A stretch of 63,995 bases of DNA, filler included, from Basidiobolus ranarum (taxonomy: Eukaryota), in assembly GCA_040143965.1 (NCBI GenBank). It is 3 parts of 3 records of this genome, joined end to end, with 100 filler letters (N's around TTAATTAATTAA, not from the genome) between each part and the next. Parts side by side here need not be neighbours in the genome. Positions count along the whole stretch, not along the records: positions 23,536 to 46,945 come from JASJQH010007042.1; 2 more parts are not named here. The stretch is one strand, 5' to 3'. This document shows, piece by piece, positions 24,562 through 37,886 of the stretch (its first letter is position 1; each line of letters opens with the position of its first letter). Both the position numbers and the translations under genes were made by a program. The notes under the pieces are model-generated. The model searched no databases, was not told the DNA's origin, and saw nothing but the letters and a program-made list of their open reading frames with translations.

Positions 24562-25136
24562 TATGTTGTTTTGATTTCAAATTGGAGAATATGCAATTTT
24601 GTAATAAACGGGGATAATAGACCTTCTCTGTATCATATATGCCACGCGCTAGTTCATTTTGATGATATTTCATACTCTACAATGATTGTCAACTGCCAAG
24701 GATCATTTTCACTCAATAATGTAACAAATAACTTTGTCGATGAAATACTAATAATTGTTGACATGCTTTATAGCACTTTGTTTGATCTGTATATATAAAT
24801 GCGCTCTGAATACATGCACTCGATGTCTCTATAGAGCAGCTGCGCATGTAATCAAACAATACCCTTGCCAATTGTTCTTTTCGGATAGCTATGCAATGGC
24901 GATCTATGTGAACACTGATTGGCAGAACCCATTGTACCTACTGATCGAATGTGGCTTTTTCTACTTGGTTACTAGTTAATTTGCTTGAATCATTTAGGCT
25001 GATTCGAGATTCAATTTTAAGGAATATTAGTGATGATTCATTATTGAACTGATATTTGGAAATAGTGTACGCCCCGAAACCTTACCTTAGAGCTTATTTC
25101 GTGTTTTCTTTGTTCCGAACTTTCAAAGACAACATC

Positions 25137-27533
25137 ATGAACACAAGGTAGTATGTAAACCACTGTAGTTTTCTTGATAAACATTAAACTCTTCACCCAT
25201 GCTTTTTACCCGCTGACACATAAATGCCACTTTTCTAAGACCACTCACATTTATCCTTTTTTCCCAAATATATACTTTCAACGCTAGTGAACGTGAAAGA
25301 TAAACGTCATTTTAAATCTTGTAGTGATACCGATACCAGGTCATTTTGGAGACGTTCTTTAAAGAAAATGTCTGAAAAGTAGGTTTTTTATGGCCCGATC
25401 ACTTTTTTGTATAGAAGTGATGAACGAAAGTTTTCAGTATTTTCAATGATGAAAAGAGTGCCGACTTAAATAAACTAATGTTTTAAACTTGAAGGACCCC
25501 AGATCAAAACGGCCTTAATGTATTTGGAGCACAGTACTCTCACGGAACCGTCATCGCTGGTTCAGATTTGTCGTAAGTCTGCTTTATAATGTCCTTTAAT
25601 ATGATCCCTTTCCGCGAAAGCTATCCTTAATTTAAGCAAAATGAACTTAAATATCTCATTCATCTTTACTTTGGTAGAAATTCGTATCGTTCAGGAGGCA
25701 ATTCACAACGCACTAATAGATATTCCGGTCGAATCAGTCCCACTGATTTTATTGACAACATCAACCAGGATTGGGATTCAGATGTAAATGGCGAGGTGCA
25801 CTCAAGCAAAGATAGTTTGCAAGTTCCTTTCTTTAATGTTCAAAATCTGGCAGATTCAGATTGTGACATTGAGGGAGACCTTTCAGCACAGTTAACCAGA
25901 AGTCGAACTCCTCCTCCAAGTAACTATAATTTGATAAACATCCAGATATACTTGAAACGTTGCTGAAACTTGAACTTTAACTTTTTTAGAAACGTCTTGT
26001 ACAAATGTGGATTTATCAAGTTCAATGGCCAAGCCTGTATTAAAATCTAAGATGTCTGATTCGCAACTATCGAAGTACAATCGTTTGAAGAAACTACTTC
26101 AAGCCTCTAGTGTAGATTTAGGTAAGTTTAAGGTAATATCGAATCTTCAATGCAGTTGAGATCCTGATAAAAATTACTTGCTTCTTTCTTATATATCAGC
26201 TAAACTACAAGAGCTTTGTTGGAATGGTATTCCAGAGGACCTTAGACCAACAGCCTGGCAACTGATGCTCGTAGGCGCATATTATATTTATTAGCCCAGT
26301 AAATCCATTTTACTTATGATGTCAATGTTAAGGGGTATTTACCGTGTAATGCCGAACGCCGTGCTCAAACATTAGCAAGGAAGCGCAAAGAGTACGAAGA
26401 TGCTGTTGCTCAAACTTTCAGTCGTGGTGAAGCTGGCTTAGATGAAGAGATGTGGCATCAGGTAAGTCTATTTCTTTTTTACTTCATCAAGGAGCCGTAT
26501 AATAAACTCATTGAAATAGATTACAATCGATGTGCCTAGGACCAATTCAGAAGTTGCCTTATACCGCCACCCGGTAACACAAGAAGTAAGTCTTGATAGA
26601 AATGTTGATTGTGTTTGTTCATTTTCCTTAGTACCTTCACATTAGTGTCTTAAACGAATCTTATACTGCTGGGCCGTTCAACATCCAGCCAGTGGCTATG
26701 TCCAAGGTATCAACGATTTGGTGACACCCTTCTTTCAAGTGTTTTTAACTGCCTACACAGGTAATAGCATACTCTGATATAACTTCGATACGGCATATAT
26801 AAATACTTATGTTTATATAGATGAAGATCCCGAAAACTTTAATATCAGTACTCTTTCAAAGGAAACACTATCCACGCTAGAAGCTGATACTTTCTGGTGT
26901 TTGACTAAACTACTAGACGGTATTCAGGTTAGTTGACAGATAACCTGCAGCAATATATATATGTGTGTCTTACCCGTTAAATAGGATAACTACACTTTCG
27001 CTCAACCTGGCATACAGCGCCAAATCTTCAAGCTTCGAGAATTTATAGAACGAGTTGATGGTGAATTTTCAACTATGAATGGCTTGTTATTTAACTTTAT
27101 AATAATTTATTTACAACCTCGTAGCTCCGCTAGCTGCTCACCTCGCTGCCGAAGGAGTGGAATATATTCAGTTCACCTTTCGTTGGATGAATTGCTTACT
27201 TTTGCGCGAAATCCCAATGAAAGCGACAATTCGCATGTGGGATACTTATTTGGTATGTCTCTTCAAGATTTAGTAAAACTTTAGTATCAAGGCTGATTTT
27301 GAAATTAGGCCGAAGGAGAAACGGGATTTTCGGATTTTCATCTTTATATGTGCGCCGCCTTCCTTGTATACTGGTCAGAACATTTAAAGAAGTTGGAATT
27401 TCAAGATATTATCATGTTTCTTCAGTCACTCCCTACTCAGAACTGGACAGATCAAGAGATTGAGATGTTACTGTCACAAGCTTACATATGGAAAACACTA
27501 TTCCATAACGCACCGAATCATTTCGGACACTAA
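25137..27533 (+). CDS. GYP1: Rab GTPase-activating protein Gyp1/TBC1D22, multi-exon
   Basis: Spliced start ATG 25137: MNTS|DTDTRSFWRRSLKK..NVFGAQY, resembling the TBC1D22 FWKR..YGAQH N-terminus. TBC domain WNGIPEDLRPTAWQLML|GYLP, ITIDVPRT (IxxDxxR), SGYVQGINDL (YxQ), EADTFWCLTKLLDGIQ|DNYTFAQPG, FRWMNCLLLRE and RMWDTY. About 11 short introns. Confidence 0.93.
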
Positions 27534-28112
27534 CCAAGATCCACATCGACACCAACACAGAGAAATTCTACTGGATTTAGATTTATAATAACGAAATCTC
27601 TTTTGTCTAGTTTTTACCTTTCTTCAGCTTCAAACCATCCTATTAACTCATTTATCATCACGATAATCCAGATCTAGTACATAACACAACTCTGCTTAAT
27701 TCATTTTCAGAGGCATATTCATTTTTCTACATAATCCGCTCCCTTCTCCCTCACTTTACTATAAAATCAATTGGATTGTGTCTATTTTCAATTTACTTAT
27801 CTATTAAAGCATCGCAACTGATCTGGGCATTTACTCTGTAATTAATTGATGTGCCAATCCTTACTAATACAAATCTGATTATGTTGAATAACTCAATAAA
27901 CGGGGAGGTCCAGGCTCATTTCGTTAGCATGATGAGCAACTTACTAATATTACAATTACGATAAATAAATTAGAAACGCAAAATGCGTGGATTCATAGTT
28001 TAGATTATAAACTTTTATAATTTTCTATTAAAGAATACAGGTTTCATGACGCTCAATTTTCATAGCAAGAAACTAATAGGGAGTATAGGTAGTAGTAAGC
28101 TAGCTAATACAT

Positions 28113-28820
28113 TTACAAATCTTCATCTTCTTCAGGAAGAGGTTGGTTAGCAGCAGCCTCGAGCTCTCTGTTGTATTCGGCCATGAGAGCGGGGTCAACT
28201 GAGACTTCAGGAGGAGCCAAAGCTGGGGAAGCAACGAACTCGAGGTTAGGGTTACCAACCAACTTACGAGCCAACCAGAGGAAAGGCTTCTCGAAGTTGT
28301 AGTTGGACTTGGCGGAGATATCGTAGTATTGAAGGTTCTTCTTACGATGGAAAGTGATGGTCTTAGCCTTGACCTTTCTTTCTTTGATATCGACCTTGTT
28401 ACCGCAAAGAACAATAGGAATGTTCTCGCAGACACGGACTAAATCACGATGCCAGTTAGGAACGTTCTTGTAGGTAATACGGGAAGTGACATCGAACATG
28501 ATGATGGCACATTGTCCTTGGATGTAGTAACCATCACGAAGACCACCGAACTTCTCTTGACCAGCGGTATCCCAGGTGTTGAAGCAAATGGCACCAAAGT
28601 TAGTGTGGAAAGTCAAAGGATGGACTTCGACACCAAGAGTAGCGACGTACTTCTTTTCGAATTCACCAGTCAAATGGCGCTTGACGAAGGTAGTCTTACC
28701 GGTACCACCATCACCAACTGTGTAGAAATATTATTAGTCATCTAATATGAAAAACAATAACTGCATGTAAAACATTCGCTTACCAAGAACAAGTTTGAAA
28801 GTAGGAACTTCAGCGGCCAT
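28113..28820 (-). CDS. GSP1: Ran GTPase
   Basis: [66 protein letters not shown] and acidic tail PEEDEDL; intron 28783-28718. Confidence 0.98.
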
Positions 28821-29892
28821 GTTTGAATACTCTGAGAAAAAAAGACAAGAGAGACAATTCACTATTGCTTCAGATGACCTCCTTTTATTAGGAAACTTGG
28901 ATGGGGAAAACCCTTTTCTGATGGTCAGGGACCCCCTATAGAAATGATTTTTAAAATACTCAAATATACGTAATCCTAGTGGATCCCCGGGCGATACTGA
29001 CGGACTACGGACAATGATTTTAGAACATACTGAATTCTTAGATTCTTATTAAAACCCCATTTAATCCATTCACTCAGTATTGTGATAGTGACTGAATCAA
29101 ACCCCCGTCATCCAATTCCTTCGATTTGTTTCGAGAAAAAAAAAAGGAAAAACAATGCACTTTTTTTTCAATGTTTACTGCATGAATTGAATTTTAGTGT
29201 TACGAATTAAATGGATATTTATTTCGAATAGCCATTCAAAATCATGGGAGATAATAGTGATTTTGCGTGATTTTTGATGTTTATTTATTGTTATTTATCT
29301 TTGATAATTATGTTTGTTTTGGTATTTCTAGTTTGATCCCACCTTTAGAATTTTCTTTCTGACTTTCTACTGGGTAAGAAATCATTAAAGTTGATCATGA
29401 TAGATAAACTATAGTCAAGTCACAACAATATTACTCGTGATAAGTGTGATCTTTCATCGTTACTTGTTTTGGGTCAGTGTTGGCTACACTTGCCTAAATT
29501 TCAATTGACGTAAGGAATATGTCATAAAGAACACAAACCGAACACTAGGTCAAATAGTTTCATTCCTTCAACAGAAAATGAAGCGAATTTACTGCACTCA
29601 AACTTCGGTTTGCTACTTTACAACCTAATATCGGAGGTTTGAACAGTCATTTATTTATTGGACTAATTTTATCCTGAATATACAGCTTTAAACAAAGGTG
29701 CAATAAAGGTTTTGACTCCACACATATATAGAGATTTCATCGAATATACGGGTAAAACCAAAAGGATGCTGGTATAGAGTAAATGCCAATAAAGCTATAG
29801 CTGGGTATTTCTTTACGGAAAAAAATAAGTTTTTTGGAACTTCAATAGGTAGCAATTTAGTGTATTGAAGTTTAGTCAGTAAGCATTGCAAT

Positions 29893-32800
29893 TTAAATTA
29901 AAATAGAACCATCAGAATCTTCTACATCCTCATCTTCCATTTCATCCTCTATAGCTTCTAAATTCAGGTATTGTTCAGCGGTATCTTCTTCTATATCACT
30001 ATTGGATATTTGTGAATTAGATAGCTTTCTGTTATCTGGAACACCATCTATCCGTATATGCTTATTGGTTTCTTCTTCATCATCGCCTTCTGTCTCTGTG
30101 GCATTTTTGGTGTGAGTTGGAGGTATTTTGCGTTTTCTTCTAGCTTTTGCACTTTTTAGGAGAGAATGTGAGCGTGATCCAGATCCTTCAGACTCTTCAT
30201 CTTGAATATCTTCTTGCGGAATTTGCGAAGATACTTCTTCACCAGTAATGCTACGATGCTTAAGATTACCTAACCAAAAGGCACCTAAGCAGTGATTATG
30301 TTCCAAGAGGGCCTTAACTCTGAATAGTAGAGTCTCCAATGCTTTACGCATTAATGGTACGTTGGCCGTGAGTACCAAATCTTTGATTACCTTGGAGTGA
30401 GAGCATACATTTTGCAATATACGAGTAGCGTTCTGAATTTTCTTAAAAATGGATAAGATTTCGTTTCGATATGTACGAAAGTTGACATCCAAACATGGCA
30501 TGATTTTCTTTAGGAATAACTCTATGAAAACTCGACCATTTTTAAGAACAACTGTCAGTAAAGGTCGTTTTTCGCAATTCTTGGCAAATCCGACTAAGTT
30601 TTGCCAACTGATCACAATTTTAGATATGTGGAGTATCAGAGAATCACGCTCATCTAGTCGATCTTGGAATTGACCAACTACATTGATCAATTCATTGTTG
30701 ACTGTCTTGAAGAACGTCAAAAACGTATCACGAGTGAGGAGCGGGTGATCCTCTAATAGATCAGCATCACCAGAAAACAGTCCTGGAAGAATTACCGATG
30801 AATATTCCTCTATGGTGTTTAAAGAGTTCCCTGAGTGAATGATACGTTGTCGCAACAAATAAGCAAGATCATCACTCTGTGGTTGATTGCGGTAAGTTTG
30901 AAAGTTTTGAACTTTGCTTAAGAGATGATAGAAATACCTTGATAGAGAGAATATCATTCCACTGGTAGCTAAGGAGTTTCTCGGAGAATTTTCCAACTTC
31001 AGGAGAAAGCAGTTGCGCTTGTGGAGCTAGTTCCATAATCTTTACTAGTAGCTTGTGCAGTAAAATGGATAAACTCGCTGTCTGAAAGAGCTCAGAGAAT
31101 TTGTAAATATATTCAAAGGCTTCTTGTACTAATTCTTGTATCTGGTGTGTAGGGGATTCTGTCGAAAGTTTAATCCTAGAGGCCAAGCTATTCAATGTTT
31201 TCTAACAAAAGAGAATGAATATAGATCAGTATGAGGACAGGATTCACACAAACAATCATGATCAAGAATAAGTTACACACAGATAAAATCTGTTCGTTAT
31301 CTGGGCTTTGAATATCTGCCCAAGAGAAGATTATAATCAAGACATTCAGTGTCGTTTCAACACATTCAATCTCAATTCGCTAATAACAGAGTCGTTCATT
31401 TAATAAGTCAGTATTGGTGAGGGATTGAGTGTGGTAATTGTACCTCTGAGGACATGTCAACATCAGCTCCCTATGTCAAACATGTAAGTTATGATAATAT
31501 ATATAACCAACTCCTTACTGGAACAGCTATTACGTACCAAAACTTGGATCTCTTGAGCAGCATTTTCTAGATGTTTGCAAAGATATGGTAGTATTTCGTT
31601 GACCTGTCCATAAAATCAAAGTAAGTATTTGCTGCCAACGAGAGGAAGTGAAAGTTCTACCTCGGACATAACTTCCTGGGGTCCTTTACGTGCCAATATC
31701 TGAAAGCGAGACTTTTGTTCAGCGTCCTTCTTCTTTGGTCTTCCGAATGTAGTAGTGGCTATTTGGCCCAACTTAAATGCGAGCTTCTCTTTCAAATCTT
31801 TTAAAAGAAAACGCAAATCGGAGTACTATTCCCAAAAATGATGATCAATGAAAGGACGATGAATCGGAGGTTTGGTTATAACTTACACTTAAAGCAAACC
31901 TATCTTGATTCAAAATAGATTTATCGGTGGTGTCTTTAACCAGTTGCTCGCACCGAAGCAATTTGAATACGTTCATCTGTCAGATATGAGGATTCGTAAA
32001 CCAGATTAATGTGTGATGTTAACAAGGAGATGTACCTCTAGTTCTCTGAAATAAGCACGAGTGCCAGTACCACTAGCGGAACTTTGAACCTTCGGATTTG
32101 CGGAATCCTCGTCTTTGTCGGAACCTGCTTTTTCAGAATTCCTTTTTCTTGGTGTCTAAGAGTAAATTGGATGTTAATACAGAGGAAGAGCGAGGATAGA
32201 GAGTAGAGCATAGTACTTGAATTGTAATCTCCTTGTTTTGTGTAGAGCGATTTATACTATTTCCTTCCTGTGTTTCAGCAAAGTCAAGTAGAAGAAGCGA
32301 TGGTGATAATTTAGGAGAATGCGACAGGATGCTCTCCAATTCACGCTCCAAGTTTTCAATGTGGCTAAGGCGAGAAAGACATTTTCCTAGAAATGATATG
32401 GGAGTTTTAAAAAGTTGCTACTAAAGAAATCAATGTGTAAGATATACCTAGCATCTCTTCATCTTTTTGATCACTAAATGCATTCAGAAGCTCGCGAAAC
32501 CTTTGAAAAGCAACTTTAGCGAGAAATACCAACGATATATCGATGATATGCTTACCAGTTGATCGCGTAGAAAAGGGTGGAGTATGTAATGGTCTTTAGG
32601 CTCTCAGTATGATCGGACATAGCATGCTGTATAAGATGATGTCAGATATCAAGTATGTAGTCTCATAGCGGGATTAAATAGAAAAACCTCAAATTTCGCC
32701 TGAGAATACATAGCAATTCCACACCCCAAAAGAGCATCAATATCATCTAAAGATCCACTATTTAAGGCCTTGGTGCAGTTTTGCATTAGCCTGAATAGAG

Positions 32801-35637
32801 AACACATATATCGTAGATGATTTTGCGGACTAGCTCCATTGCAAAGTCCCATATTGGAGGCATTGTCTTCATCATTATAATATGCTCCACTTAACATTGG
32901 ATATATCTTAAGCGTGACTGCAGAATTCTAATTGAAGGTAAAAGGTTAGCCAGGTTGAAGAGATCTCAGAGCGGTATCTTGAATATTACCTCTCCATCAA
33001 TATCCATCCAGATTTCCGTTGGTAACAAGTTGAGAAATTTATTGCCTTCCAAACTGTATATCTCAGATTTCTCACACAGAAAGACCTCAGCGAAATTACA
33101 AGCAATATTCTCATTGATCCAATATGCTAAACGCTGATCTAGGAATTCAGATTCTACGATGGCTGATAACTCGTCGTACGCCAACGCAAGGCAGCTCTAG
33201 CATGGAGATCAATAAACACATCACCAACAAGGAAGAAGTAAATTGAGACTAACCGAAGATTTTTTGCAAGATTCCATAGTCATTTCGATCACAGATATTG
33301 CCTGACGAAGCTGCGGATTTTTTAGAGATTGAGAGATATGATCCTCTCCGTCTACATGATGTCCTACAGGTCAATAATCAAGGCTTTGAGATTAAGCGAA
33401 ACTAAAATATAAACCTGCACGACTACTTCCAGCTCCTAAGGCTACAGTATCTTTTGAGCCGATCTTCTTAACGATGGCTAAAGCGCCTACAACACCCATT
33501 TGGCGGTATTTCTCGACTGAACTGGACAGTTGTTTTCTGATAACAATGTTCAGATCATTTAAAATCCCGTCATCTCCTTTTTTCTGTCCCTAATTTGATC
33601 ATGAAAGGGTGTTAGGTTTTCACGTGAAGGTGCATGATTAACTTCAAGTTACCTCAGAGGCTAATGCACTGAAGATGTCGAATAATACTCTGATCTGGGT
33701 TATGGATAGGTTGTCAAGGTAGTCGAGAATTCCTTTGATGAATATAGAAAATGGAACAGCTTCTTTGGCGCTCGCAGTGACAATATTCAGTAAACAGTCT
33801 AGTGCCGTATCAATCTCCCAAGAAGCTCCACTTCCAATATGAGTGACTAACGAGCCAATAACCTCCTGTCGATAGTATGAATCAAACATTCGGAAGCATG
33901 ATTCGTAGATGATACTAGCAGCTCGACCAAGAATCATGTTGTTCTGACAGGCGCGTAGTAACGCTTCTGCAAGTGAGAGTAGGGAGCCAAAGTATTCTCG
34001 CAAAGCTTCATTATGATTGGTAATGGTCTCCTCAAGAAGAGCGAGAGAAAAAATACCGGAAGATATCTTCTTGCGAAATATATTTTCTGCCTTTTTCTTG
34101 ATGTTTTTCAATGAGTGCATGATAATTAATATGATGAAGTCGATAAGCTGGTAATCTTGATCATCTCCAATCTCGCTAATAACTTTGAGCCAAACGTCAC
34201 GAAGCATCTTGTTGAATTGAAGACCAGATCTTAAAGATTCTAATTATGAAGCGTTACAAATTTGAAGAGGAGAGGAGGTAAATCGCTAAATATTACCTAA
34301 AATCAAAGTTTCAGGCATCTTCCTGACTTTTTGAGTGGACCGTGTGCTTGTACTCTGTGAAAACAATCTATCATCCCGTAGGCGATAAATGGATTTCAGG
34401 TCTAGTTTGGATCTTATGCGACCAATAACCTACACAGAATGGTTAGAATCTGTAGATGGGAGGCGCTAGTCGTCTCTAAACCTACGTATTGGGCGTTATC
34501 CACGTCTACAGATTGTAACAAGAATTTGATCATAATCGGTAGATCGTCTAAGTCAGCAGATTCGAGGCGATTGATTATGGGCTCCCGTATATTGTCCTGA
34601 AGGTAGGCGGTTTGAGTAAGCAGCGTAGTTCAGGCTTGTAGACTAAATGACTTACCAGTAGATCTTTTTGCAGATTCAAGTTGGACAAAGCATCGAGGAT
34701 CGGAGCCATGAGATCAGCATTCTCCTCCATCAAAGTTTGCAACTCAACCACAACCACCTTTCATCAATTCACGTTAACAGCGCTTCGGTATGTTAGATGA
34801 AGCTTAACGAACCTTATGCTCGGAGTCATTCACTATTTCGGGGAGATTGACGATGAGTTCTCTTTGTATTTCGATGGGCGTAATTGATATTATCTAGATT
34901 TGCTCAATGTTCTCAATCAATAAATGAAGAGTCAGAATTGGATAGAACTCAAAGAGTAGTACCTCCATCATCTTTGCGGTCAATCGTTCAGGTTCAACTA
35001 TGTGATCTAGCCATCTTAATTGATGTAAAATCGATTTTGGAAAGCTTTCCAGCTCACTTTAAAAACTCTTAATTGAAATTTTGTTTAGCAGAGTTCAATT
35101 ATTGTTTACGTACGTGTCGTCTCCGGCAGAAATAAAATGCGTCAATTTTTCTAACAATAAGTCTAGTAAATCCGGTTGTATCGAGTCTATACTAAGCAGA
35201 ATTCGAACCAAGCTATCTGTGGTATAGGTTCCTTTAACTGAACCTGCAATCGAAACTGACTGTAAACAAAGCTTGAGCAGATTCAAATCGTCAACAAATG
35301 TTTCAAATTGTTGGATGAAATCCTCAACCACAGTATTTTTTGCATTTGCTTTGAGGAGCTCAAGTTGTATATTTCGACGAAATATCGATTGTTCGACAGC
35401 TTATGGTTGTTGAAGAGATATCAAGCCAAGTAAGTAAATTTTTGGAGCTGAATAGAAGCAATTCATTTAACAGACAGTACCTAATGTAAAAGCATCTTCG
35501 GCTATTCTTAGTCCCGCCTTCTCTATTATACGTTCAAAGAAAGATTTGGGATCTACAAGAGTGAAGACGAGCTGAATATTTGTAAAAGGTTCAAGATTCA
35601 GGTAGGTTTATTATTTACCCTCTTCTGAAGTCAACAT
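29893..35637 (-). CDS. FANCD2: Fanconi anaemia group D2 protein, intron-rich
   Basis: Exons read DSLVRILLSIDSIQP, ILHQLRWLD, QRELIVNLPEIVNDSEH, APILDALSNL, DDLPIMIKFLL, QEVIGSLVTHIGSG, FIKGILDYLDNL, DLNIVIRKQLSS, GSLDDIDALLGC and LQNVCSHSKVIKD..VPLMRKALETLLFRVK..AFWLGNLKHRSITGEEVSSQ, colinear with animal FANCD2. Start codon (35637) and some exon borders are approximate. Confidence 0.93.
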
Positions 35638-36677
35638 AAGAGCACAAGTAACACCAGTGTTGAGAAATATATTCGATAGAGTAGTGTCTATACTTGTTCA
35701 CAATTCAAGAATTTGTATCCTGCTGGTTTCTATTGCAGCCAAAGCTAAGGCGATTAGTTCTATGAAAACAACCTCAGTTTATTCATGAGCGAAAATCAAC
35801 ACAGCTACCAATGGTAATTGAAGAAATGAAATTGCGGCCCGAATATTAAACAAAAACAGTCACAAGATACTGTAAAAAAATCAAAGCAACTCAAATGATA
35901 GCAGATAGTGACAAATAAACATTAAGATCAACATTCAGCTTGCCATAAGGATGGCATTTCAGTGATTTTTAGTGCTTTCAGTGGTGATTTCTGATGATTG
36001 AATATCTACATAGTCCCTTTTTATGTGGTTTGAATATAACTGCTAGTTGATTCAGGTACTGGTGTAGTGATGCCTATTAGCCTTTGAAGCTGATGCTGGA
36101 AGTAACTGCATTGTCACTTTAAAATTTCAAGCTTCTTGGTTCTTCACACAAATTTGAATAACTACTTACCGAATCTAGCCAACAGTATTACACATCAATG
36201 AACAGAATTGGTGGAGGCAACCTTTAGCATCTAATGCCAAGAAAGCCAAATTATTGAGATATGATAAATAACATGGTTACTACAGTGGTTAGATTCGGTC
36301 AGTAAAAAGCAGAAATATTGTTACTTCAACATACGTAGTATAGTAGGGAAGTACTGAAAGTTGATTGCACAACAATCCAATAGTATGTCATATACAATGG
36401 ATTTAGTTGCGGTTGGGTTCGGTAATAACATGTATTGCATAATGGTGTAAACCTCCTTTTGTCACCAACGTTTATTTACATATTTAGTAGTTATTTACAA
36501 TCAAGCCTAGAATAAATAAAACGAAACTAATGCGTGTGACATTGACAGCTCCAAAAAAGTCGAAAAATTACAAAGAAATAACACCGTGCTAAGCGTAAAG
36601 AACTGAAATGAGTTTGTTCATTGGATATTATGGGATTGATAGAATCCCCTTTCTATGTGATGGACGATGTTGCTTCT

Positions 36678-37886
36678 CTAAACGTGCAGATAGTTTTTGT
36701 ATGCCAAATACCTTGGGAAGATATCATGGTAAATGATATCAAGAACCTGGTTCATTGCTCGATCAAATATATCCATTGGATATCCGTCGCTGTGAGGTTT
36801 CGTCAAAGCGAGAGTGATTTCACTATGAACATCTTCGGTGATATTGACCTCCAGTTCACTGTTAAATCGAATGAACATATCGTATATGTTGCGAACTTCT
36901 TTTTGGTTGGTGATGACAGAAGTACGTGAATTAGCTTTGAGATCCATACATTTTCGATAGAACAAGGTATTTTCAACGGCAAAGACACGCAAGGAAAATT
37001 TCTTGAAATCTTCGTATAGGATTGGATCCTTCATGATGGAGAGTAATGAACTAATATCGTAAGCGGGATGAAATGAATCGGTAACTTGAAGTGTCCGAGG
37101 CCGACGACAAAGAGGTACTATTATTACGGCAATGTGAATTAAAATGATTCGTACGGCGCAATATATCGCGTACACCTCCCAGTGATGCTTTATGTAATCG
37201 ATAGTTACACGAAGTATTAACCCGACAAAGCTGAAAAGCTCCACCATCTCTACTATTAATAGTCCAAATCGAATGTGAAAGGCGTCATCTACAAACCGCA
37301 GATACCAAACAAAGAGTGGCCATTGTATCAAAATATGAAATGAGTAACTTATAAATGTGGGTGCAAAGGCTATAGTACGGATGGAAGAAAAATCCGTCGG
37401 GAGCGAAGGTGCAGTAAAGAGTATGACTGACGTCAAGATAAGGTACAAGGTAAGCTCCACACCACACCATGTCACCCACATTTGGTTGTTGAAATAGCGC
37501 TGGTATCGATAGAAGATGTTTGCTCCAGATTTAGCCAAACTCGTTTGGGAGTTTTCGCTGCAAGCACAATCATCGCTACGACTAAGTTTAGCTTGACTAG
37601 AGTAGTATAGAAAAGTAAGTTGAATAACCTTTCCGGTGACACATATGAATAAAAGAGGGAAAAGCAGGTTGATAAAGTACAGGAACAGCCAGGGTGGAAT
37701 GAAGGGAATAAATACGACGACGGGGAGCAGGATGGCCGAAGTGACACCAATAGTGGAAGTTATTATGACGTTACGATAAGTAAAGTATGGGTCATTTCGA
37801 TAGTATACCAGAAGGCCAACTGTTATGAGAATGAAGAGGTCGTAAATTGATACGGCTACAATGAGACCGATTTCACCGGAAGTCAT
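36678..37886 (-). CDS. Seven-transmembrane protein fused to a C-terminal RGS domain (GprK/AtRGS1-like architecture), intronless
   Basis: About 7 hydrophobic segments, then an RGS box: LLSIMKDPILYEDFKKFSLRVFAVENTLFY..IYDMFI..ELEVNI..IFDRAMNQVLDIIYHDIFPRYL. First ATG at 37886. Confidence 0.88.
   Translation of the reverse strand: MTSGEIGLIVAVSIYDLFILITVGLLVYYRNDPYFTYRNVIITSTIGVTSAILLPVVVFIPFIPPWLFLYFINLLFPLLFICVTGKVIQLTFLYYSSQAKLSRSDDCACSENSQTSLAKSGANIFYRYQRYFNNQMWVTWCGVELTLYLILTSVILFTAPSLPTDFSSIRTIAFAPTFISYSFHILIQWPLFVWYLRFVDDAFHIRFGLLIVEMVELFSFVGLILRVTIDYIKHHWEVYAIYCAVRIILIHIAVIIVPLCRRPRTLQVTDSFHPAYDISSLLSIMKDPILYEDFKKFSLRVFAVENTLFYRKCMDLKANSRTSVITNQKEVRNIYDMFIRFNSELEVNITEDVHSEITLALTKPHSDGYPMDIFDRAMNQVLDIIYHDIFPRYLAYKNYLHV

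Noticed and set aside
25021-25056. GTGATGA..CTGA box C/D-like hairpin
   Set aside because: Only 12 nt between the boxes; too short for a snoRNA and has no guide region.
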